The notes below the pieces were generated by a model, which saw nothing but the letters and a program-made list of their open reading frames with translations, was not told the DNA's origin and did no database searches. A stretch of 64,000 nt of DNA from Salinispira sp. (lineage in GTDB: Bacteria > Spirochaetota > Spirochaetia > DSM-27196 > Salinispiraceae), in NCBI GenBank assembly GCA_965226555.1, contig CBDDDG010000010.1, forward strand, positions 480,001 to 544,000, written 5' to 3'. Positions 36,683 to 48,372 of the stretch are shown here, piece after piece. The translations under genes and the position numbers were made by a program. Numbering within the stretch: position 1 is the stretch's first letter; each line of letters opens with the position of its first letter.

Positions 36683-39600
36683 TTACTCATCATCAGCATC
36701 GTCTATAAGATCCTGGGCCTCTATCACGGCAGCATTGGCATATTCCTTCGCGGCCTGCATTTCTTTTTCACGTTGATTAAGAATCTGCTGAATATGAACG
36801 TCAAGATCACCTCTCTTCTCATCGTAGAGTTTGAGTTTGTTGTAGGAACGCATACCTGTTCCCGCAGGAATGAGATGACCAATGATAACATTCTCTTTTA
36901 ATCCCCGCAGATTGTCGATTGACCCCGCGATTGCCGCGTTGGTAAGTACGCGGGTTGTTTCCTGGAAGGATGCTGCTGAAATGAAACTCTCGATATTCAG
37001 CGATGCGCGGGTAATTCCAAGCAGAAGCGGGCGAGCCACCGCGGGCTGTCCGCCCTCCTTCTCTACCTTCTGATTTTCTTCACGAAACTTGGGCTTATCA
37101 ATCTGCTGATTATAGATAAACTCAGTATCTCCAACCTCAACTATTTCAACCTTGCGCATCATCTGACGAATAATAACTCCGATATGCTTATCATTGATAT
37201 CGACTCCCTGAAGACGGTACACTTCCTGAACCTCATTAACAAGAAAGCGCTGAAGAGCATTTTCACCCAGTATCTGAAGAATATCGTGCGGATCGGCCGC
37301 GCCATCGCAGATCGGCTCACCCGCTTCAACCAAGTCGCCTTCGCGAACAAGAAGATGCCGTCCCATGGGGACCAGATGCTTCTGCTGCATGCCGAAATTG
37401 TCCTCAATGAGAATAACCCTTCGGGACTTCACGATACCTTCCATGTGAACAGTGCCATTTACCTTTGCCAACACTGCCGCAAGACGGGGGCGACGCGCTT
37501 CAAAGAGTTCGCCAACACGCGGCAGGCCTCCGGTAATATCCCGAGTCTTGACAGATTCCTTCAGGAGCTTGGCAAGAGAGCTTCCAGCTTCCACTTTGGC
37601 GCCGTTCTCAACATTGAGATAGGATCCTCCCGGAAGATGATATGTCGCTAGTTCCTTATCATTAGCATTCTTCAGAATAATTCGCGGCTGCATGTTTTCA
37701 TTACCCAGTTCAGTTATTTTTTTCTCAACATTGCCGGTATCTTCGTTCACTTCTTCTTTCAGCGTTGTTTTATCAATATCTTCATAGTGAACGATACCGC
37801 TGTGTTCGGCGAGGATAGGTTCTGAAAAGGGGTCAAAGGTTGCGATTGCTTCTTCTGCTTCCACAATAGCATCTTCATTGACAAGAAGTTCAGCGCCATT
37901 ACGAATTTCAATGCGCTGTTCCTGTGCCGTAAGATACAGGATGTTTTTACGGAGCACAGCATAGGCATTTTCCTGAGCCTGAATGGATTTCTTCCCAATT
38001 TTAATAACATCCTGCCCCTTAACAATCTTGTCGCCTTCCGCCACAAGAAGTTTCGCATTCTTTTTGAGTTTTATCTCCTCAAGTACCTTACTAGCCCTAA
38101 CAAAGCCTTTTCGGGTAAACAGACGGGTTCCGTTCTTGAGCGTTACCGTTTGACCGTGGATACTGTTGATAATTACCCGATAACGGAGAAATGTCCGGCT
38201 TTCTTCTGAGGCATTAGTTGCCGCTCCGCCGATATGGAAGGTGCGCATGGTAAGCTGTGTCCCTGGTTGCCCAATACTCTGCGCGGCAATAATTCCAACG
38301 GCTTCTCCAATTTCAACAGTGCGGTTAGTCGCAAGATTTCTTCCATAACATTTCTGGCATACACCATATTTGGACTCACAGGTAAGAACGGTTCGGATGC
38401 GCACCGATTCAATTCCCGCCTCTTCAATGGCTGCGGCAGTTTCATCGTTGATTTCTTCATTGACATCAACAAGTATTTCACCGCTTATGGGATGCCTGAT
38501 TCCTTCTATGACAAAGCGTCCGGTAATACGTTCCGCAAGAGTTTCAACAATTTCTTCTCCATCTTTGAGAGCGGTATATTCAATACCGTTAATGGTTCCG
38601 CAGTCTTCCTCATTAACGACCACATCTTGGGCAATATCAACAAGACGGCGGGTGAGATATCCCGCATCCGCAGTTTTGAGAGCAGTGTCGGCAAGCCCCT
38701 TTCTCGCACCATTAGTTGAAATAAAGAATTCGATAATTGACAGACCTTCCTTAAAATTGGCGCGGATAGGGAGTTCAATAATTTCACCGCTCGGTTTTGC
38801 CATGAGACCCCGCATTCCCGCAAGCTGACGAATCTGGCTTCGGCTTCCGCGCGCACCTGAATTCGCCATCATGAATACCGGATTGAAACCCTGACGATCA
38901 ACAAGAAGCTGCTCCATCATTTCGGTCGTGAGCGCCTCATTTGTTTGCGACCACACTTCGACAACCTTGTTATAGCGCTCTTCATTTGTTATGTGTCCCT
39001 GACTATATTGATTTTGAATTGCCATGACATCTTTATTGGCTTTTTCTATCATTTCCGGTTTTTTCTCCGGTATAATGATGTCGTTAATACCAATAGTTGC
39101 GCCAAAAATTGTTGCATATTTGAAACCAAGATTTTTTATCTGGGTCAGCATCCGTACGGTAAGATATGCCCCATGGACGGCATATACCTTGGCAATAAAG
39201 GACCTCAGTTCCTTATCGCCCAGAGCATAATTCACAAACTCCACTTCATCAGGCATGCCATCATTGAAAATAAGGCGGCCGGCTGTTGTTTCAATGACCT
39301 CATCTTTGTAGGGATTTTTTGCGATTTTGATCTTTATGAGCGCCTGATAATCTATGTCTCTGTTCTCAATGGCATACAAAACTTCATCGGTTGAAATGAA
39401 GCGCTTGCCTTCACCTCTTGCCCCCTCTCGATGACGGGTAAGATAGTTGATGCCGAGAACCATGTCCTGAGAGGGGAAAACGATCGGCTTGCCGTTTGCA
39501 GGATTAAGCAGATTTCGCGCCGAGAGCATGAGTGTCCAGCATTCAATCTGAGCAGCCTGGGTGAGGGGAATATGCACCGCCATCTGATCACCGTCAAAGT

Positions 39601-40951
39601 CTGCATTGTAGGCATGGCAAACGAGGGGGTTCAGTTTGATTGCCTTGGAATCGACAAGAATTGGTTCAAATGCCTGTATACCGAGGCGGTGCAGGGTTGG
39701 CGCCCGATTGAGCAGAACAGGGTGTTCCTTGACTACTTCATCAAGTATTGCCCAGACTTCGGGGGTTTCCTGTTCAACTAAAGTCTTCGCGCGTTTGATA
39801 TTATAAACAACATCCTTCTCGACAAGTTTCTTCATTATGAAGGGCTTGTATAATTCAAGCGCCATTTTGGTCGGCAACCCGCACTGATGAAGTTCCAGAT
39901 CGGGACCGACAACAATTACGGAACGCCCTGAATAATCCACTCTCTTTCCAAGCAGGTTCTGGCGAAAACGCCCCTGCTTACCCTTAAGCATATCTGAAAG
40001 CGACTTAAGCGGACGATTCGATGCCCCCTTTACTACCCGCTTCTTCTTACTGTTATCGAAAAGAGCGTCTACCGCTTCCTGAAGCATCCGTTTTTCATTT
40101 CGGATGATAATATCAGGAGCATTGAGCCCCATGAGGCGCTTGAGACGGTTATTGCGGTTAATCACACGACGATACAAATCATTCAGATCAGAAGTCGCAA
40201 AACGTCCACCGTCAAGCTGAACCATCGGACGGAGCTCAGGTGGAATAACCGGAATAGTATCAAGTACCATCCACACGGCCTTATTCTTGCTGTTCTTAAA
40301 ATTACCGACAATCTCAATACGCTTTAGAAGACGTTGATCCGCCTTATCGCCTTTTTCAATCATCAGATTCCGAAGTTCGGCGCTCAAGGCTTCAAGATCT
40401 GTGGTTTCAAGAAGGTTTCGAATTGCTTCGGCTCCAATATTCGCAGAAAAAGTCATTCCGTAACGTTCTCTGGCCTCCATATATTCATCTTCCGTGAGTA
40501 AATCGGAGCGCTTGAGATCGGTATCGCCCGGATCAATAACAACATATTTTTCGTAATAGAGAATGGATCGTAAATCGGCAACTTTCAGATCAAGGAGAAT
40601 GCCCATTCGACTGGGTATTGAACGGTAATACCATATATGCGAAACAGGGCTGGCAAGTTCAATATGTCCCATTCGCTCCCGGCGAACCTTCGGATGCGTT
40701 ACTTCAACTCCGCAACGGTCACAGACAACACCCTTATACCGGATACTCTTGAATTTACCGCAGTAGCATTCCCATTCCTTTGTCGTTCCGAAAATTCGTT
40801 CGCAGAATAATCCGTCCTTTTCAGGACGCAGGGTACGGTAATTAATGGTTTCGGGTTTTTTTACTTCGCCGTAACTCCATGAGCGAATCTGCTCCGGAGA
40901 AGCGAGCTTAATCATAATACTATTAAAATCCTGCATTTCCTGCACAGACAC
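36683..40951 (-). CDS. rpoC: RNA polymerase beta' subunit
   Basis: NADFDGD active-site motif, zinc finger, QLTMRTFH. Confidence 0.99.
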   Translation of the reverse strand: MSVQEMQDFNSIMIKLASPEQIRSWSYGEVKKPETINYRTLRPEKDGLFCERIFGTTKEWECYCGKFKSIRYKGVVCDRCGVEVTHPKVRRERMGHIELASPVSHIWYYRSIPSRMGILLDLKVADLRSILYYEKYVVIDPGDTDLKRSDLLTEDEYMEARERYGMTFSANIGAEAIRNLLETTDLEALSAELRNLMIEKGDKADQRLLKRIEIVGNFKNSKNKAVWMVLDTIPVIPPELRPMVQLDGGRFATSDLNDLYRRVINRNNRLKRLMGLNAPDIIIRNEKRMLQEAVDALFDNSKKKRVVKGASNRPLKSLSDMLKGKQGRFRQNLLGKRVDYSGRSVIVVGPDLELHQCGLPTKMALELYKPFIMKKLVEKDVVYNIKRAKTLVEQETPEVWAILDEVVKEHPVLLNRAPTLHRLGIQAFEPILVDSKAIKLNPLVCHAYNADFDGDQMAVHIPLTQAAQIECWTLMLSARNLLNPANGKPIVFPSQDMVLGINYLTRHREGARGEGKRFISTDEVLYAIENRDIDYQALIKIKIAKNPYKDEVIETTAGRLIFNDGMPDEVEFVNYALGDKELRSFIAKVYAVHGAYLTVRMLTQIKNLGFKYATIFGATIGINDIIIPEKKPEMIEKANKDVMAIQNQYSQGHITNEERYNKVVEVWSQTNEALTTEMMEQLLVDRQGFNPVFMMANSGARGSRSQIRQLAGMRGLMAKPSGEIIELPIRANFKEGLSIIEFFISTNGARKGLADTALKTADAGYLTRRLVDIAQDVVVNEEDCGTINGIEYTALKDGEEIVETLAERITGRFVIEGIRHPISGEILVDVNEEINDETAAAIEEAGIESVRIRTVLTCESKYGVCQKCYGRNLATNRTVEIGEAVGIIAAQSIGQPGTQLTMRTFHIGGAATNASEESRTFLRYRVIINSIHGQTVTLKNGTRLFTRKGFVRASKVLEEIKLKKNAKLLVAEGDKIVKGQDVIKIGKKSIQAQENAYAVLRKNILYLTAQEQRIEIRNGAELLVNEDAIVEAEEAIATFDPFSEPILAEHSGIVHYEDIDKTTLKEEVNEDTGNVEKKITELGNENMQPRIILKNANDKELATYHLPGGSYLNVENGAKVEAGSSLAKLLKESVKTRDITGGLPRVGELFEARRPRLAAVLAKVNGTVHMEGIVKSRRVILIEDNFGMQQKHLVPMGRHLLVREGDLVEAGEPICDGAADPHDILQILGENALQRFLVNEVQEVYRLQGVDINDKHIGVIIRQMMRKVEIVEVGDTEFIYNQQIDKPKFREENQKVEKEGGQPAVARPLLLGITRASLNIESFISAASFQETTRVLTNAAIAGSIDNLRGLKENVIIGHLIPAGTGMRSYNKLKLYDEKRGDLDVHIQQILNQREKEMQAAKEYANAAVIEAQDLIDDADDE

Positions 40952-40957
40952 ACCTTC

Positions 40958-43900
40958 CTAAAAATTACTTTTTTGGCGATTAATCAATTCTTCATCCCGC
41001 TCTGTAAGAGGAATCTGCTTCCCCTTGGAATCGTAGATGGAAAGATCCAATGCCAGACCGCGTAATTCCTGAACAAGTACATTAAAAGATTCCGGAACAC
41101 CAGCAGTTGTACCAGGTTCTCCCTTAACAATACTTTCATAAATTTTTGCCCGACCATTCATATCATCGGATTTGATTGTAAGGAGTTCTTGGAGGGTGTT
41201 TGCGGCGCCGTAGGCTTCAAGTGCCCATACTTCCATTTCACCAAGACGCTGTCCGCCGAATTGGGCCTTACCGCCCAGAGGCTGCTGGGTAACCAGACTG
41301 TAGGGACCAGTGGAACGGGCATGCATTTTGTCGGTAACTAAGTGATGAAGTTTGATCATATACATATAGCCGACCATAACTTCGTTCTCAAAGGAAACAC
41401 CGGTTTTACCATCGTAAAGCGTTGTTTTCGATGTACCCGGACAATCTCCCTTCACCAATAAGTCATGAATTTCCTGACCGGTTGCCGATTGAAAGACCGG
41501 AGTAGTATACCAACTGCTGTTCTTTACAGCAGCCCAACCCAGCATTGTCTCAAGAAGCTGACCAATGTTCATACGGGATGGAACTCCCAAGGGATTAAGA
41601 CAGATTTCAAGAGGAGTTCCATCTGCCATGAATGGCATATCTTCTTCAGGCAGTACCCGAGCAATGATTCCCTTGTTTCCATGACGCCCCGCCATTTTAT
41701 CGCCTTCCTGAAGTTTCTTCTTGGTGGCGATCAGAACCTTCACAATTTCCTCAACTCCCGGGGACAGGTCATCACCTTCACTGCGGCGCAGACGCTGAAC
41801 ATCAATTACCGTGCCCTCCACTCCGTGAGGTATTCTAAGAGATGTGTCACGCACTTCCTTTGCCTTTTCTCCAAAGATGGAGTTAAGCAGTTTAAATTCC
41901 GGAGTAGTTTCTGTTTCACTTTTCGGAGTAATTTTGCCGACCAGAATATCTCCGGAGGCGACTTTAGTACCGGCACAGACAATTCCCTCTTCATCAAGCC
42001 AAGAAAAGGCGGACTCGGAGGTATTAGGGATGTCGCGGGTTATTTTTTCAGAACCAAGCTTTGTCTCCCGGACTTCAATACTGAATTCACGAATATGAAT
42101 TGAAGTAAAAACATCTTCCTTCACAATTTTTTCTGAAACAAGAATAGCATCCTCGTAGTTGTAGCCGTTCCATGGCATAAATCCAACCAGTATATTGCGG
42201 CCCAGCGATAATTCACCCTTGAATGTAGAGGGGCCATCGGCTATTGCCTGACCTGATGCAATTACTTCTTTGTAATGCACCATTGGTTTCTGTACATAAC
42301 AGGTGTCCTGGTTTGTCCGCTGGTATTTGATAAGATCATATACATCCACGTCATCTTTTGATGTTGCTTCATCGGGAGTAACTTCTATGCGGGCATTAGA
42401 AACATAGGTAACCGTCCCTTTCCGCTTTGCCTTCACGAGTACTCCTGAATCGTATGCTATTTTCGATTCCATGCCGGTACCCACCCGCGGAGGTTCTGGA
42501 TTTACAAGGGGCACCGCCTGACGCTGCATATTGGATCCCATGAGGGCACGGTTTGCGTCATCATGTTCAAGGAAGGGAATAAGCGCTGACGATACTGAAA
42601 TAACCTGTTTAGGATTAACATCCATGTATTCAATATCTTCCGGCGCGCTGCTTGTATAATCTCCCTGACGGCGTACAGAAACCTGTTCATCAAGAAAGTG
42701 ACCGCTATCGCTTATGGATGCATTTGCCTGAGCAATAAAATACTTTTCCTCATCCATTGCCGACAGATACGCAATTTCATCGGTAACCTGCTTGTTTTTA
42801 ACCTTGCGATAGGGTGTTTCAAGGAAGCCGTAATCATTAACCCGGGTATAGGCTGCAAGGCTCACAATGAGCCCGATATTTGGTCCTTCAGGAGTTTCAA
42901 TAGGACACATGCGGCCATAGTGAGTGTAATGAACATCACGAACCTCAAACCCCGCCCGATCGCGGCTTAAGCCACCGGGACCGAGGGCATTCAGCCTGCG
43001 TTTGTGCGTCAGCTCGGATAGCGGGTTAACCTGATCCATAAATTGCGAAAGCTGACTTGAACCAAAAAATTCTTTTACAGCGGCTACAATGGGTTTAATT
43101 GAGATGAGGTCCTGTGGCTTAATTGTTTCCATTTCCTTAAGGGTCATCCGTTCCTTGGCTATTCGTTCCATTCTGCTGAAGGCCACTTTCAGCTGATTGG
43201 TCAAAAGTTCGCCAACAGAACGAATCCTCCGATTACCGAGATGATCAATATCATCAACATTTACTTCACCTATATATACGCGAATGAGATAGGCAATGGT
43301 ATTTGTAATATCCTCTTTTGTGAGAACGTGTTCTTCGGGAGCATCAGCATACTCAAAGCGTTTATTGAGTTTATAGCGCCCCACCCTCCCCAAATCGTAA
43401 CGCCGCGGAGTAAAAAAGATTGATGCAAAGTCCTTTTCGGCACCCTCTACGGTAATCGGTTCTCCCGGCATGATAATCGAATACACGGACAGAAGCGCTG
43501 CATCCCGGGAAGGCTCATCAAGTCCTTCTCCCTTATTCAGCTTGACATCTTCACGATCGAAACAATTAAGAATGATATCTGAATGAAGACTACCGGGATC
43601 ATCATCATCAATGATAGTAACTTCCTTAATTCCAGAATGATTAAGTTCATCAATATCGTGAGGATGTATTTTATCGCCCGCTCTGTATAGCTTTTTTTCT
43701 TCACCATCCACCGAAATGATAACAGCCCGGCCGAGTACCTTTCCCCTGAGGGATTCCCTGCCCTTTGCGGTATCGCGCACCTTAACATCTTTCAATGTAT
43801 AAAAGAGATCAATGATCTTTTCCCGCGTATCATAACCGAGAGCGCGGAGAAAGAGAGTTATCAGTATCTTTTTTTTCCTGTCAATTTTCGCATAGATGAG

Positions 43901-44455
43901 ATCTCTCTTCTGATCAATTTCAAATTCAAGCCAAGAACCTCTATACGGTATGATTCTGGAACTGTATATTCCCTTTTCATTGGAAAAAACAACTCCGGGG
44001 CTCCGATGAATCTGACTGACAATGACCCTCTCTGCTCCGTTATATATGAATGTTCCCCTTTCGGTCATAACGGGGACATCACCCATATATATATCTTTCT
44101 GGCGAATTTCACCTGTTTCGGTAAAAAACAGATTAATTTTCGCCTTAATCGGAACAGAATAGGTATGTCCCTTTTCCTTGCACTCAATCTCGCTAAATTT
44201 AATATTGTCTTCATCGAGTGTGTAATGGTCGTAGCTGAGAACCATGTCGCCCGACTGGCTCTCAATGGGAAAGGTATTCTGAAAAACCTGTTCCAGGCCC
44301 ATTACGCGAAGTTTATTTCCTTCAGCGAGATGGTTTCGCTGAAGGAATATTTCATACGAAGAAAGTTGAATATCAACCAGATCCGGCAACTCCATAGCAG
44401 TTCCTGCTGAAGTGCCGACTTCAATACGCTCAACGGTACTGTCACGACCAAACAT
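40958..44455 (-). CDS. rpoB: RNA polymerase beta subunit
   Basis: SQLSQFMDQ rifampicin region, [29 protein letters not shown]. Confidence 0.99.
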   Translation of the reverse strand: MFGRDSTVERIEVGTSAGTAMELPDLVDIQLSSYEIFLQRNHLAEGNKLRVMGLEQVFQNTFPIESQSGDMVLSYDHYTLDEDNIKFSEIECKEKGHTYSVPIKAKINLFFTETGEIRQKDIYMGDVPVMTERGTFIYNGAERVIVSQIHRSPGVVFSNEKGIYSSRIIPYRGSWLEFEIDQKRDLIYAKIDRKKKILITLFLRALGYDTREKIIDLFYTLKDVKVRDTAKGRESLRGKVLGRAVIISVDGEEKKLYRAGDKIHPHDIDELNHSGIKEVTIIDDDDPGSLHSDIILNCFDREDVKLNKGEGLDEPSRDAALLSVYSIIMPGEPITVEGAEKDFASIFFTPRRYDLGRVGRYKLNKRFEYADAPEEHVLTKEDITNTIAYLIRVYIGEVNVDDIDHLGNRRIRSVGELLTNQLKVAFSRMERIAKERMTLKEMETIKPQDLISIKPIVAAVKEFFGSSQLSQFMDQVNPLSELTHKRRLNALGPGGLSRDRAGFEVRDVHYTHYGRMCPIETPEGPNIGLIVSLAAYTRVNDYGFLETPYRKVKNKQVTDEIAYLSAMDEEKYFIAQANASISDSGHFLDEQVSVRRQGDYTSSAPEDIEYMDVNPKQVISVSSALIPFLEHDDANRALMGSNMQRQAVPLVNPEPPRVGTGMESKIAYDSGVLVKAKRKGTVTYVSNARIEVTPDEATSKDDVDVYDLIKYQRTNQDTCYVQKPMVHYKEVIASGQAIADGPSTFKGELSLGRNILVGFMPWNGYNYEDAILVSEKIVKEDVFTSIHIREFSIEVRETKLGSEKITRDIPNTSESAFSWLDEEGIVCAGTKVASGDILVGKITPKSETETTPEFKLLNSIFGEKAKEVRDTSLRIPHGVEGTVIDVQRLRRSEGDDLSPGVEEIVKVLIATKKKLQEGDKMAGRHGNKGIIARVLPEEDMPFMADGTPLEICLNPLGVPSRMNIGQLLETMLGWAAVKNSSWYTTPVFQSATGQEIHDLLVKGDCPGTSKTTLYDGKTGVSFENEVMVGYMYMIKLHHLVTDKMHARSTGPYSLVTQQPLGGKAQFGGQRLGEMEVWALEAYGAANTLQELLTIKSDDMNGRAKIYESIVKGEPGTTAGVPESFNVLVQELRGLALDLSIYDSKGKQIPLTERDEELINRQKSNF

Positions 44456-44509
44456 TCATCCCCTCCCGTAGTGTAGTGTGAAAAAATATGATACTGAAGC
44501 AGTCAATAA

Positions 44510-44896
44510 TTATTTTACCTCGACTGCCGCACCCGCTTCTTCAAGCGTTTTTTTGATTTTCGCAGCCTCATCCTTTGAGACATTTTCCTTGACAACACCA
44601 TTTGCTTCAACGAGTTCCTTTGCCTCCTTAAGACCAAGACCGGAAACAATTGTACGCACTGCCTTAATGACGTTTATCTTCTTTTCTCCGGTATTCGCAA
44701 TTTTAACAGTAAATTCAGTCTGTTCATCCTCTACTGCAGACGCTGCGTCGGCATCACCCGCAGGAGCTGCTGCCATTGCAACAGGAGCAACTGCGCTAAC
44801 GCCAAACTTTTCTTCCATTGCCTTGATCAGCTCTGATACCTCAAGAACCGTCATACCCGCAATTGCGTCCAAAATATCATTTGTTGAAAGTGCCAT
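44510..44896 (-). CDS. rplL: 50S ribosomal protein L7/L12
   Basis: [29 protein letters not shown]. Confidence 0.98.
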   Translation of the reverse strand: MALSTNDILDAIAGMTVLEVSELIKAMEEKFGVSAVAPVAMAAAPAGDADAASAVEDEQTEFTVKIANTGEKKINVIKAVRTIVSGLGLKEAKELVEANGVVKENVSKDEAAKIKKTLEEAGAAVEVK

Positions 44897-44979
44897 ATTA
44901 TCTTCCTCCTAATAATTTCATTTTACAGTGATAGCATAGCACTTCTTAATAAAAGAATACTAACACTGCTTTTTTTCCT

Positions 44980-45077
44980 GAAACTTTTGCATAAAGCATA
45001 AGTTTCTCATTCGGAATGCTTTTATACGCTTAGCATTCTCGCATTTTGTAGAAAATTTTGCATGCACAAAACTTTTT
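44980..45077. repeat. Degenerate family A element between rplJ and rplL
   Basis: GAAACTTTTGCATAAAGCATAAGTTTC...GAATGCTT...TAGCATTCTC...; similar to 50638-50738. Confidence 0.7.
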
Positions 45078-45128
45078 TCCTGTTTCTTCTGGAAATCCGT
45101 TATTCGGATTCTATTCTGCCCCTATGCC

Positions 45129-45668
45129 TTATGCAGATTTTTGTTCAGCCTTTTTTTCAGCAAGGGCCTGTAAAGTTCGAACAAGCTTTGTACTGACAGC
45201 ATTTAATGCAAAGGTAAGGCTCTGAATTGGCGCATTCATTGTTCCCATAAGCTGCGCGATGAGTTCCAAGCGTCCTGGTAATTTACTGAATGCTTCCAGA
45301 TCATTCAGATCAAGTATTTTTCCATCGATCAGCGCGCCCTTAACGGAAAGAGAGCTGTCTTTTGAAAAATTTATGATTTCTTTCGCGACAGGAGCGGATT
45401 CATCCTGCGCGAGGGCGACCGCAGTCGGCCCGGTGAGAAAATCTCCCAGAGCAGGATATTCGAGATCCCTGAGAGCGATTTCTGCATGCCGATTTTTAAC
45501 GACATAATATTCAGCACTCAGTTCTCTCAGTGCGATCCGGAGTTTTGTAATCTCTCCAACGCTCAGGCCTCTATAATCGGTAAAAATGAAATCATTTACT
45601 CCGCTGAAGTTATCCTTCAATGATTGAACAGCAGCTCTCTTTGCTTCCGTAACCTTAGTTTTATACAT
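45129..45668 (-). CDS. rplJ: 50S ribosomal protein L10
   Basis: DYRGLSV, VVKN, LTGPTA, position in the operon. Confidence 0.95.
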   Translation of the reverse strand: MYKTKVTEAKRAAVQSLKDNFSGVNDFIFTDYRGLSVGEITKLRIALRELSAEYYVVKNRHAEIALRDLEYPALGDFLTGPTAVALAQDESAPVAKEIINFSKDSSLSVKGALIDGKILDLNDLEAFSKLPGRLELIAQLMGTMNAPIQSLTFALNAVSTKLVRTLQALAEKKAEQKSA

Positions 45669-46354
45669 TATTTGCCATCCTCATCCAAGTACACAAGTTT
45701 TATTCCCGGCCCCATGGTTGATGAGACGGCAAGACTTTTGAAAAAGTCACCCTTTGTTTCCGGGGGACGCTTCCGGTTAACCTCCGAAATAACGGTTTGA
45801 ATGTTCACAAGGAGATCGTTTTCACTCATGGAAACTTTGCCAACTGCCAGATGAATAACCCCTGTTTTATCGGAACGGAATTCAACACGTCCTTTTTTCA
45901 GCTCATTAATTGCAGATGAAACATTCAGAGTAACTGTCTGCGTTTTCGGATTCGGCATGAGACCACGGCGGCCGAGAATCTGTCCGAGTTTTCCAACATC
46001 CTTCATCATATCAGGAGTTGCAACTGCAACATCAAAATCAAGCCAACCTTCTTTAATTTTTTTGATGAGATCATCATCACCAACGTAAATGGCACCAGCA
46101 TCCATGGCCTCTTTTGCCTTCTCTCCCTTCGCAAAGACCAGGATTTTCTTCTCAGTTCGAAACTGGTGAGGAAGAACAAGGGTATCTCGAATGGTCATAC
46201 TTTTCTTCACATTCAAACGTATTGCAATTTCAACGGTCTCATCGAATTTTGCAAAGGCCACTGTTTTAAGCAGCCTGACTGCTTCCTGTGGAGAATATCG
46301 TTTGTCTTTATCGTATTCCTTAAGGGTGTTTCTGTAGTGTTTTCCCTGTCTCAT
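45668..46354 (-). CDS. rplA: 50S ribosomal protein L1
   Basis: KFDETVE, LGRRGLMPNPK, SSTMGPG. Confidence 0.97.
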   Translation of the reverse strand: MRQGKHYRNTLKEYDKDKRYSPQEAVRLLKTVAFAKFDETVEIAIRLNVKKSMTIRDTLVLPHQFRTEKKILVFAKGEKAKEAMDAGAIYVGDDDLIKKIKEGWLDFDVAVATPDMMKDVGKLGQILGRRGLMPNPKTQTVTLNVSSAINELKKGRVEFRSDKTGVIHLAVGKVSMSENDLLVNIQTVISEVNRKRPPETKGDFFKSLAVSSTMGPGIKLVYLDEDGK

Positions 46355-46356
46355 AC

Positions 46357-46788
46357 CTACTCCTCACACTCAACACCCATTGATCGGGCAGTGCCTGCAA
46401 TAATGTTAATTGCAGCATCAATAGTATTCGCGTTTAAATCGTCCATTTTTATTTCTGCTATTTTTTTCAATTGTTCACGGCTTATTTTGCCAACCTTAAC
46501 CTTATGCGGCTCAGCTGAACCGGACTCAAGTCCAATTTCTTTCTTAATGAGCACAGCAGCAGGTGGGCTTTTTATTTCAAAAGTGAAACTGCGGTCATAA
46601 TAAACAGTAATGATTACAGGAACCAGCAACCCGGCTTCAATATGTTTTGAAGCCTCATTAAACTGCTGAACAAACTGAGGCGCACTCAGACCATGAGGTC
46701 CTAATGCAGGCCCGACAGGTTGAGCAGGCGTAGCTTTCTGCGCGGGAATCTGAAATTTGATAAAGCCCGTTACTCTCTTCTTAGCCAT
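46357..46788 (-). CDS. rplK: 50S ribosomal protein L11
   Basis: [21 protein letters not shown]. Confidence 0.97.
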   Translation of the reverse strand: MAKKRVTGFIKFQIPAQKATPAQPVGPALGPHGLSAPQFVQQFNEASKHIEAGLLVPVIITVYYDRSFTFEIKSPPAAVLIKKEIGLESGSAEPHKVKVGKISREQLKKIAEIKMDDLNANTIDAAINIIAGTARSMGVECEE

Positions 46789-46836
46789 TATATTATACTC
46801 CTCAGGGGTTCCCTCATCACATTTATAGAAACTTTC

Positions 46837-47382
46837 TTATACTTTTTCTACCTGACGAAACTCAACTTCGACAGGAGTATTCCGTCCAAAAATACCAACA
46901 GTTATCTTCAGACGATTTTTTTCATTATGAACTTCTTCAATCTTTCCAGTAAATGACTCAAAGGGACCATCAATTATACGTACTGTTTCGCCTTCAACAT
47001 AATTCTGCCGGAATTTAAAATTGGAATCACCCTTGATTTCTCCAATGCGGGCAAGAAGATTTTTTGTTTCTTCCGTTGAAATTGCCTGTGGTTTGGAATT
47101 TGACTTTGTACCGACAAAACCGCTTACTCCCTGAAGACGATAAATTTGCGAAGTGTAGTGCTGCCACCCAGATTCGGGAAGATCCATCTCAAGAAAAATA
47201 TAACCCGGCAGAACTTTTTGTAACCGTTCCTTCCGCTTAGCGTCAAGCACTTTTTCGGCAGGCACCTTGACATCGCTTACTACCGCAGCAAAATCCTCAT
47301 CATCCATCATTTTGCGAATAGTTTTTTCAATTTTATTTTCATGTCCTGTAAAGGAATGTAAAACATACCAGTTTTTCGCCAT
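46837..47382 (-). CDS. nusG: Transcription termination/antitermination factor NusG
   Basis: MAKNWYVLH, PGYIFLEM, KOW motif, IFGRNTPVE. Confidence 0.96.
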   Translation of the reverse strand: MAKNWYVLHSFTGHENKIEKTIRKMMDDEDFAAVVSDVKVPAEKVLDAKRKERLQKVLPGYIFLEMDLPESGWQHYTSQIYRLQGVSGFVGTKSNSKPQAISTEETKNLLARIGEIKGDSNFKFRQNYVEGETVRIIDGPFESFTGKIEEVHNEKNRLKITVGIFGRNTPVEVEFRQVEKV

Positions 47383-47453
47383 CAACTCTCTCTCAGCCAG
47401 ATATAATATAGAGAGAAAGTTTTGCATTTTGCAAAACTTTCATATAATAGTTA

Positions 47454-47633
47454 TCAGAAAATTAATTCAACCAAATTTGCCAACAGAAAATCCACCAGTC
47501 CGAGGGCAAGCGCAAAGAGGGTAATTGATACCAATACAACACGTGTACTGGAGGAAACCTCTTCCCTGCTTGGCCAGACCACTTTCTTAAGATCCGCGAC
47601 AATGTCTTTAAAAAACTGAATTACACGTTTCAT
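47454..47633 (-). CDS. secE: Preprotein translocase subunit SecE (59 aa, absent from the ORF track)
   Basis: MKRVIQFFKDIVADLKKVVWPSREEV + TM helix; lies between tRNA-Trp and nusG. Confidence 0.93.
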   Translation of the reverse strand: MKRVIQFFKDIVADLKKVVWPSREEVSSSTRVVLVSITLFALALGLVDFLLANLVELIF

Positions 47634-47653
47634 ATCCCAACCCTATAAAGTAA

Positions 47654-47726
47654 CAGGCCCAGCAGGAATCGAACCTGCAACCTTCGGTTTTGGAGACCGA
47701 CGCTCTGCCAGTTGAGCTATAGGCCT
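47654..47726 (-). tRNA. tRNA-Trp (CCA)
   Basis: AGGCCTA acceptor stem, anticodon loop CTCCAAA, GGTTCGATTCC. Confidence 0.95.
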
Positions 47727-47738
47727 GTATACGGCCTG

Positions 47739-47811
47739 AGCCTCCGACCGGATTTGAACCGGTGACCCCCACCTTACCATGGTGATGCTCTACCAGCTGA
47801 GCTACAGAGGC
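47739..47811 (-). tRNA. tRNA-Thr (GGT)
   Basis: GCCTCTG acceptor stem, anticodon loop ATGGTAA, GGTTCAAATCC. Confidence 0.92.
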
Positions 47812-47898
47812 ATAAACCAGCACAATAGCAGAACAACATTCCTTCTGTCAATACATACGGATCGAAAGTTTTACAAAATGTAAAACTTTCAGATGATT

Positions 47899-48345
47899 TT
47901 ATTCCCGAGTCTCTGCTTTTTTTCTCATCAGGCGATATATGTTTCCAAAGGCATTTGCCCGGCTTGGAGTCAAATGAACCTGCAGTTCGGTCTGATTGCA
48001 GAAATCTTCAACAAGTGAAGAAGAGTTCTGCAGAAAATCGTCAACCAAAAGCCCGCTCAGCGCTTGAATTAAAATAGAAAGATAGCCGCGAACCAACAGG
48101 GCATCGCTCTGCCCCCTGAACTCAATGCGTCCATCTTTCACACTGTGCCCGACATATACATTCGAAACACAGCCCTGAACAAAATTATCAGCTGTTTCTT
48201 CTCCATAGCGCAGGGCTGGGATATCGTCACCAAAATGAGTAAGCTGACGATACATTTCCATACGATCCAGCTCAGCTGCATCTCTCAATTCTTCGGCAAT
48301 ATCCTGTAAATATGCCGCGGCTTCTTCAATCGTTTTATTATTCAT
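47899..48345 (-). CDS. sufE: SufE-family sulfur acceptor
   Basis: VQGCVSNVY, SDALLVRG, LTPSRANAF. Confidence 0.85.
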   Translation of the reverse strand: MNNKTIEEAAAYLQDIAEELRDAAELDRMEMYRQLTHFGDDIPALRYGEETADNFVQGCVSNVYVGHSVKDGRIEFRGQSDALLVRGYLSILIQALSGLLVDDFLQNSSSLVEDFCNQTELQVHLTPSRANAFGNIYRLMRKKAETRE

Positions 48346-48372
48346 TGCTAAAGAAAGAAGCACTCTCCATAG

